From Pseudomonadota bacterium (lineage in GTDB: Bacteria > Myxococcota_A > Polyangia > Polyangiales > JAKSBK01), in NCBI GenBank assembly GCA_022361155.1, contig JAKSBK010000148.1, positions 1,045 to 65,044 on the forward strand: a stretch of DNA of 64,000 nucleotides, written 5' to 3'. Positions 59,601-64,000 of the stretch are shown here, one piece after another (within the stretch, counting starts at the first letter, position 1; each line of letters opens with the position of its first letter). The notes below the pieces were generated by a model. The model did not search any database. It was not told where the DNA came from and saw nothing but the letters and a program-made list of their open reading frames with translations. Made by a program: the position numbers and the translations under genes.

Positions 59601-61741
59601 GCCTGGTCCTGCAGCTGCAGTACGATACGGAGCGCTACAGCGAGCAACGGGCGCGCCGTGTCCTCGACCTGTATTCGAACCTGCTCGGCACCTTGACCCG
59701 GGAGCGCACGGGAGCGCGTCTGGGCGAAATCGGGCTGGCCACGAACAGCAGAGCCTCGCGGGCGAGGCCGCCGCGAGAGCCGCCTCGGGCATGCGGCTCT
59801 GGATCGCTGGGGCGTCTCGAAGTTGGTGACCGATGCGGGCTGGCCGAGCGATTCGAGCGCCAAGTGCGCCGCACTCCGGAACGCGTCGCCGTGAGCTGTG
59901 GTCACAGGAGCTTGAGCTACCGCGAGCTCGACACGCTCGCCAACGGCGTGGCGCAGGCACTGGTGGAGCGCGGTGTAGGTCCCGAATCGGGCGTGGGATT
60001 GTGCGTGGAGCCTTCGCTCGAGCTCGTTCTTGCGGTTCTGGCCGTCCTCAAGACGGGCGCCTACTACGTGCCTTTCGAGCCGCAGCTTCCCGAAGCTAGG
60101 AAGAAGTTCGTGGTGAGCGACGCCAGGCTCAACTGGATCCTGGTCGAGCAGGGACTGGGCGGCGCTTTCGCAGAGCTCGGACCCGGGGTGGAGCTGCTTT
60201 CGGCCTCCGCGCTGAGCGCGAGCTATGGAGCGCGCACCAGGCCGCCAGCCCGAAGCCCACACCCCGAACAGCTCGCGTACGCCATCTACACGTCGGGCAC
60301 CACGGGCAAGCCGAAGGCCGTAGCCGTTGCGCAGCATCAAGTCCTGCGCTTGTTCGCGTCGGCCGAATCTCTGTTCGACTTTCGGGAGCACGACGTGTGG
60401 GCCCTGTTCCACTCGCACGCGTTCGATGTGTCTGTTTGGGAAATCTGGGGCGCGCTGCTTCATGGAGGACGGCTGGTGGTGGTTCCCCAGCAGGTCCGCC
60501 GCGATCCCGACGCGCTCTACGAGTTGCTCGTCAACAACGGTGTGACGGTGCTAAACCAGACCCCCTCCGCGTTCTATCCGTTGGCCGAGCACGTGCTTGG
60601 CCTGCGCGAGCATGAGGGCAACAGCCGGCGTGCGGGACTGAGCCTGCGAAAGATCGTTTTTGCCGGCGAGGTACTGGATCGCGCGCGCCTGCGTCCCTGG
60701 CTGCAAGCATTCGGGGCCACGCATCCGGCGCTGATCAACATGTACGGCATCACCGAAACGACCGTGCACGCAACCTACAGCGAAGTCTTGCCCGAGCAGG
60801 CGGCGCCAGGCCAAGCCGGGTCCATCGGGAGCGCGCTCGACGGCGTGCAAATGCATGTGTTGGATACCGGCGGCAATCCGGCGCCCGAAGGCGTGGCCGG
60901 CGAGCTCTGTGTGGCTGGAGCGGGTGTCGCTCGCGGCTACCTCGATCGGCCGGGCCTGACCGCGGAGCGGTTCGTGCCGAATCCCTTTGGCCCGGCCGGA
61001 AGCCGCATGTACCTGAGCGGGGACCTGGGTCGCCGCCGCGACGATGGCGCGCTCGATTACCTGGGCCGGAGGGATACGCAGGTAAAACTGCGCGGCTACC
61101 GAATCGAGCTAGGCGAGATAGCGGCGGTCTTGCGCCGGCACACGGCCGTCCGCGATGCCGTGGTGACGCTGCTGGACGGCGCCCGGAGCACCGCAAGCAA
61201 GCAAGGGGGGCAACCAAGGCAGCAGCTGGTGGCCTATGTTTCGGGCGACGAGCTGCCTGCCGCGGAGCTCCAGGCATATACCGCGCGCCGGCTGCCCGAG
61301 TACATGGTACCGGCGCACGTCGTATGGCTTCGGTCGCTTCCCCTGACTGCGAACGGCAAGCTCGACGCCAAGGCATTGCCGCCGCCCGAGCCGACGGCGA
61401 GCGGATCGTTCGCCAGCCCGCGCAGCGAGCACGAGCGGGTGTTGTGCGCGATCTGGGCCGAGGTGCTCGAGCGAGAGCGGGTCGGCATCTTCGATGATTT
61501 CTTCGCGCTGGGCGGGGATTCCCTCGCGGCCATGCGCTTGCTGTCGCGCATCTGCTGTGCCCTGCGATGCAGGCTCTCGCTCAGAGACATCTTCGAATGC
61601 CCTAACGTGGCGGCGCTCGGCCTGCGAGTGGCAGTTGCACGTCCAAGGGCGGGTGCCACGGACATCGACCGGATCTCGGCGTTGCTGAGCCGGGCCGAAC
61701 ACGCCAGCGACGACGCCGGCGAGGACGACGCCGGAGACTAG
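53642..61741 (+). CDS. NRPS 4: C-A-T-E-C-A-T (modules 8-9)
   Basis: The ATG overlaps the NRPS 3 stop (ATGA). C: ILPLSPAQQGMLFH, HHHLILDGWS. A: YILYTSGSTGHPKG, VDLGNT, LKIAPSHL, NHYGPTETTIG. T: FFALGGDSILG. E: HHLVVDAVSWRIL. C: VYRCAPLQEGLL, HHVLLDGWCS. A: YAIYTSGTTGKPKA, FDVSVWE, NMYGITETTVH. T: FFALGGDSLAA. The tail is acidic (SDDAGEDDAGD). Confidence 0.95.
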   Translation: MSIQAPVTAATASRRAIEDILPLSPAQQGMLFHSVLSPEAASYRVSAVYRLAGALGPAQFRRAWSEVLRRHDALRSAFVWQEAEQPLQIVLRADTLPLPLEFLDWRDASPAGQRARLEALLEQELARGFELKQAPLLRLYLATLSSDSFYVIFSHHHLILDGWSSVVLLGEVLRLCQENPPVQSTQLPPATAYSDYIRWLGKQDRAAARSYWQRSLAGVPVPTPLPGDRSGHDGGARGDAHAYAETVSRLSLDQTARLRGSAGRQHVTLSTLLQAAWGLVLGRYAGTSDVVFGATVSGRPPGLPESERMVGLLVNSLPVRVRWTAGTNLSQLLATLHKQCLSVRELEFSALSDIQRWCGAGRLFDSLLVVDNFPLEPLRGAGSQRLQAQPLTSEERALIDRWTAQRNHYPLTLVVVPGDRLQLRLSYQRSLFSDKRARHLLAGVRETLIGLAAAAPGAPAGSLCFAARDPGVAPARRQRPAAAGWLAALSLQAHSDPCAPALLCEQTAVDWRSLDRRSSLVAARLRARGVVEETRVALLLPRASEWIVAMLGVLKAGGAYVPLDNQAPPARLHYCLRDSGARFVIATSEHDARHRCGEQAAARFLVWSDLEAGAGTASNDPSTKLEFAPPHAQQLAYILYTSGSTGHPKGVAVTHQNLSEYVAALQERVQLPRNARWGWLSSVAVDLGNTSVFGALGTGRPLVVVSEREAENADQVAARLRSAQVDCLKIAPSHLSALLSAAAAPQGLIPRHTLLLGGEPLHESCVRRVRALEPECRILNHYGPTETTIGVTAHGLPPSDADEARSGLDSGEPEARRIHPIGAPFGHVAIRILDSSGQPAPEGGAGELCVAGSALARGYFGRPSMTAERFVPDPFGCGGRLYRTGDKVCMRAGLLHFLGRLDSQLKLHGQRIEPQEIERCLAGCAGVLAAAVDLQSGPQGERLVGFLVSGPGSALDLTAIEHVLRAELPRGMIPAAWRVLSELPLLPSGKLDRASLRKRAPDVEQARYDAPKDALEEQLATIWRHVLKRARIGTNESFFALGGDSILGLQVVARARRAGIPVTPRQLFEARTVARLAELVGDAIDSSGSLPAQTGSWLLTPIQRWFFEQAIPDRNHFNQALLLPLSEALERQALQRALARIIEHHPVLRSRFVAREQDMAERGFRQELLANAPPPQLQWITSEGFDELELGRTVERVSQGLQRSLDLGRGRVVAAAYVGAAHGKPATEQARDADLHDRAPAGYLLLVAHHLVVDAVSWRILLDDLHAAYTGSRLSEPSLPYSAWSERLAARARSPELAGQLQYWRRQARPLDLPLDYTGDPASDNRYRDMGTVRLALDAGETGALLQHVPVTFRATLAEAALFAVARVLARWCGGERAGVELESHGRELPGAEELDLSSSVGWFTARFPLSLHADPKLDCAAGLISIKEQLRGAPDAGVSYGVLRYLDPAGHELALLPRPEVSFNYLGRIDLGLRSERWLATERARTFELPHAGDQRDPNAERATLLAINAQLDAGCLRFSWSFSNALHKAETIQDLAESVRAELRELAASAEAAQRGVISPSDVRLSGFSARELEALAVDGRQIEDVYRCAPLQEGLLVHGLLDRAGYVCQLAAEVQGLDADVLERAWRELVQRHAMLRTEFRWQREDGGELPWPVQVVRHEVAVRVRRLDLSQLSEQEQEERWLAELRNDTEQGYDLARAPLWRWLVADCGGGRQRVLWSRHHVLLDGWCSSRLLGELTLLIAGQARDRSVQLPPVAAYRDYIAWLAAQDLDAADAFFERCLRSFEQATSLPLDSSPARAQAGLGAGTPRERMAQATLELDASASGQLRTWVATRELTLNTLCQGAWALLLARTSGEQRVTFGVTVSGRPAELPDVEHMLGLFINSLPLCVACPSAAPVVAWLKQLQAYNSELRRYEYSSLRRLQARAHAQSSGSIRVLFESLLVFENYPLDAALRRPGPLKVLRAHSRDYTHYPLALVVVPGERLVLQLQYDTERYSEQRARRVLDLYSNLLGTLTRERTGARLGEIGLATNSRASRARPPREPPRACGSGSLGRLEVGDRCGLAERFERQVRRTPERVAVSCGHRSLSYRELDTLANGVAQALVERGVGPESGVGLCVEPSLELVLAVLAVLKTGAYYVPFEPQLPEARKKFVVSDARLNWILVEQGLGGAFAELGPGVELLSASALSASYGARTRPPARSPHPEQLAYAIYTSGTTGKPKAVAVAQHQVLRLFASAESLFDFREHDVWALFHSHAFDVSVWEIWGALLHGGRLVVVPQQVRRDPDALYELLVNNGVTVLNQTPSAFYPLAEHVLGLREHEGNSRRAGLSLRKIVFAGEVLDRARLRPWLQAFGATHPALINMYGITETTVHATYSEVLPEQAAPGQAGSIGSALDGVQMHVLDTGGNPAPEGVAGELCVAGAGVARGYLDRPGLTAERFVPNPFGPAGSRMYLSGDLGRRRDDGALDYLGRRDTQVKLRGYRIELGEIAAVLRRHTAVRDAVVTLLDGARSTASKQGGQPRQQLVAYVSGDELPAAELQAYTARRLPEYMVPAHVVWLRSLPLTANGKLDAKALPPPEPTASGSFASPRSEHERVLCAIWAEVLERERVGIFDDFFALGGDSLAAMRLLSRICCALRCRLSLRDIFECPNVAALGLRVAVARPRAGATDIDRISALLSRAEHASDDAGEDDAGD
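59816..59840. repeat. dispersed short element, copy C (inside NRPS 4, C-A linker)
   Basis: CTCGAAGTTGGTGACCGATGCGGGC is identical over 25 nt to 11272-11296. It is read in frame as LEVGDRCG. Confidence 0.6.
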
Positions 61742-61749
61742 GCACCGCG

Positions 61750-64000
61750 ATGACCATGGCTTCTCGCAGGCCCCGACCGCAGCCCGCGTCGTCGCCCAGG
61801 GAGCTCGCCGAGCTCGGCCGGCGTCTGACCGCGCTGCCGCAAGCCAAGCGCGAGCGCTTCCTGCAGACGCTGGCACAACAGGGCATCGATCCCTGGCTCA
61901 TTCCCATTGCGTCGCGCCCTGTGTCGCAGCTCGAGGCGAGCCGGTGTGCTCCGCTCTCGTTCGCCCAGGAACGGCTGCGTCTCCAGCAAGCGCTCGTACC
62001 CGATAGCCCGCGTCTCAACCTGTTCGGTGCTTTTCGTTTGAGCGGCCGTCTGGAATTGGATGCGCTACGGCGCGCTTTTCTGCGCGTTGTCCGCCGTCAC
62101 GAAAGCCTGCGGACCAGTGTGGTCACCGACGGCACCGGTAGCTGGCAGCGAATTCATGCGCCCGAAGAGGTAACCCTGCCGCAATGGCCCGAGGGAGTCC
62201 TAGAGCTCGAGGGCTGTGGCGAAGCAGCCCAAGAGGCGGTGTTGCGTGCCCGGGCGCTGCGGGAGGCGAGTAAACCCTTCGAGCTTTCCAGCGCGCCGCT
62301 TTGGCGCGTTCGCGTGCTTAGGCTGGCTGCGGGCGAGCATGCGTTGCTGCTGGTGCTGCACCACCTGATCGCCGACGCCTGGTCGCTCAAGACGCTGGTC
62401 GAGGAACTGGGCAATGCGTACCGGTACGAGCTCGGTGAGCCCGGTGGCCCCGCCGAGCACGACGAAGCGCGCCCGCCTGTCCAGTACGCGGACTTCGCCC
62501 TCTGGCAGCGACAGTGGTTGCGAAGCGCTGCGGGCGAGCAGCAGCTCGCCTACTGGAAGGCCCAGCTGGTCGGGACGGAACCAAGCCTGGCGCTGATCGA
62601 AGAGCGTGCGGCGTCGCGGTCCGATGCTTTCGACGGGCGGATCGAACGCTTGCTGTTGTCGCCGGAGCTGTCGCTCCAGATCCGCGAGCGTGCAGCCGCG
62701 CTCGGCATGACGCCCTATATGCTGTTGCTCGCGGCGTTTCAGATCCTGCTTCACCGCCTGACGGGTCAGCAGGAGCTGTGCGTGGGAGCGTCCGTGGCCG
62801 ATCGTCCTCGGCCCGAGCTGGAGCGTTCGATTGGCTTTTACGTGAATCTGGTCGCGTTACGTGCCCGCTTCGAGCGCACTGCCAGCGCGAGCCAGCTGCT
62901 GGCGCAGGCACGCGACGCAGTGCTCGGAGCCATGGACCACCGTGACGTTCCCTTCGATCGCGTTGTCGAGGCGGTGCGCCCGGAGCGCAACCCGGTCGAG
63001 CAACCGCTTTTTCAGGCCTTGTTCGTGATGCAGAATGCGCCTCGAGCCGAGCTGGTATTGCCGGGTTTGCAGCTCATACCAATCGAGCTCGAGCAGCGCT
63101 TTGCGCGCTACACCCTGAGCCTGCGGGTAACCCCTCGCGTTGCTGGGCGCTTTGGTTTCGGCCTGGAGTACCGTGTGGATTGCTGGAGCGCCGAGACCGC
63201 CCGGAGCGCGCTCCGGCAATACGCAGGATTGATCGAGCAGCTGGTTGCCCACCCGCAACGACGGCTACGTGAGCTGGTTTGGAGCGGGCCGCTGCCCGCC
63301 GGGGCGCCGCCGGCAGTCGAGCCAACCGAGCCGATGACACCCCGCAAGCGTATCGAGACCTGCTTCATGGACGCGGCGGCTCGCCACCCCGAGCGGATCG
63401 CGGTAGCCACGCCGGCGCGGTCGGTCTGTTATGGCGAGCTTGCCGGCGCTGCTCGTGAGCTGGCGGTGCAGCTACGCGAGCGCGGTGTGGGCCTCGAGGA
63501 ACCGGTCGCCGTATGCCTCGAGCCGGGTATCGAGATCATCGAGGCCTTGCTCGCGGTGCTCCAGGCTCGAGCCGTGTTCGTGCCGCTGGATCCGCAATGG
63601 CCTGAGGCGCGAATCGAGAGCGTGGCGCTTGCCTCGGGTGCGCGCTGGTTGATAGCCGCTGCGGGTCAGCAACGGCCACGAGCCCCCGAGCCGGCCGGGC
63701 AGGAGGCTGGTGACCGCTGCGGGCTGGAGCTCAGGCCGGTCGCGGGCGCGCGGAAGCGTCCGGCGCGCTCCGGCGGAGTCGGGCCGTACCCCGCACAGCT
63801 GCCGGCAGCGACCCTGGCCTACATCATGTTCACGTCGGGCTCCACGGGCCGGCCCAAAGGGGTGGGCGTCACGCACGAGAGCGTGCTCGCGTACGTCGAG
63901 ACGCTGTCGGCGCGCATGGCCTTGTCCGGCGCCGCGCGCTTGTTGTGGGCCTCGGGCGTTGCCGCCGACCTGGGCTATACGAGCGTCTGGTGCGCGCTGT
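61750..64000 (+). CDS. NRPS 5, 3' end outside the window: N-terminal extension, C, start of A (module 10)
   Basis: This gene is not in the supplied ORF track because there is no stop in the window; I translated it by hand. The frame (positions = 1 mod 3) is open from ATG 61750 to the window end. It was checked in frame at HHLIADAWS (62359) and at YIMFTSGSTGRPKG (63820). C-domain start: APLSFAQERLRLQQ. A-domain: VCYGELAGAARELAVQLRERGVG, and then VAADLGYTSVW at the edge. Confidence 0.9.
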   Translation, partial: MTMASRRPRPQPASSPRELAELGRRLTALPQAKRERFLQTLAQQGIDPWLIPIASRPVSQLEASRCAPLSFAQERLRLQQALVPDSPRLNLFGAFRLSGRLELDALRRAFLRVVRRHESLRTSVVTDGTGSWQRIHAPEEVTLPQWPEGVLELEGCGEAAQEAVLRARALREASKPFELSSAPLWRVRVLRLAAGEHALLLVLHHLIADAWSLKTLVEELGNAYRYELGEPGGPAEHDEARPPVQYADFALWQRQWLRSAAGEQQLAYWKAQLVGTEPSLALIEERAASRSDAFDGRIERLLLSPELSLQIRERAAALGMTPYMLLLAAFQILLHRLTGQQELCVGASVADRPRPELERSIGFYVNLVALRARFERTASASQLLAQARDAVLGAMDHRDVPFDRVVEAVRPERNPVEQPLFQALFVMQNAPRAELVLPGLQLIPIELEQRFARYTLSLRVTPRVAGRFGFGLEYRVDCWSAETARSALRQYAGLIEQLVAHPQRRLRELVWSGPLPAGAPPAVEPTEPMTPRKRIETCFMDAAARHPERIAVATPARSVCYGELAGAARELAVQLRERGVGLEEPVAVCLEPGIEIIEALLAVLQARAVFVPLDPQWPEARIESVALASGARWLIAAAGQQRPRAPEPAGQEAGDRCGLELRPVAGARKRPARSGGVGPYPAQLPAATLAYIMFTSGSTGRPKGVGVTHESVLAYVETLSARMALSGAARLLWASGVAADLGYTSVWCAL
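63706..63729. repeat. dispersed short element, copy D (inside NRPS 5, A domain variable loop)
   Basis: GCTGGTGACCGCTGCGGGCTGG matches copy C GTTGGTGACCGATGCGGGCTGG with two mismatches. It is read in frame as AGDRCGL. Confidence 0.45.

Noticed and set aside
1-64000. Search for mobile elements, prophage genes, tRNA/rRNA genes and toxin-antitoxin or defence-type genes
   Set aside because: No transposase, integrase or recombinase motifs, no tRNA-like T-loop sequences and no long inverted terminal repeats were seen by eye. Only the short dispersed element reported above was found.

Overview
Very G+C-rich DNA (third codon positions are almost all G/C by eye). A delta-60-repeat protein plus a giant NRPS locus suggest a myxobacterial chromosome; this taxonomic call is inference. 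I saw no rRNA, tRNA, CRISPR array, transposase or integrase. The layout has four parts. (1) 1-4.2 kb holds the 3' part of a delta-60 repeat protein and a fused membrane/spermidine-synthase-like protein carrying an 18-bp in-frame tandem repeat. (2) 4.3-11.1 kb is a metal-homeostasis neighbourhood: a lipoprotein, a TonB-dependent receptor, an unknown protein, a duplicated His/Cys-rich metal-binding protein, an ArsR/SmtB regulator and a fused ZIP-like/SO_0444-type permease. (3) 11.3-21.5 kb starts with a Kelch-repeat lipoprotein that is divergent from a translationally coupled operon. That operon encodes a TonB receptor, a triple-domain HmuY-like hemophore lipoprotein, a DUF3501-winged-helix fusion, a small ORF and an AhpC-type peroxiredoxin. 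The divergent promoter region carries two near-identical AT-rich 21-mers that are candidate metalloregulator operators. (4) 21.7-64.0 kb encodes a TauD/SyrP-like hydroxylase followed by five co-directional NRPS genes. The fifth gene is open to the window edge and is missing from the supplied ORF track. Together they encode a FAAL-primed assembly line of at least 10 modules. It has an N-methyltransferase-interrupted first A domain, four E domains, two clear Asp modules plus an Asp-like tenth module, and several Thr-type modules. I do not recognise the predicted acidic lipopeptide, and it is the main candidate for novelty. Secondary oddities are many in-frame tandem repeats inside NRPS domains and linkers, and a short dispersed sequence element. 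That element has an exact 25-nt match between an intergenic region and an NRPS coding region. All domain calls come from reading motifs in the supplied translations; no searches were run.
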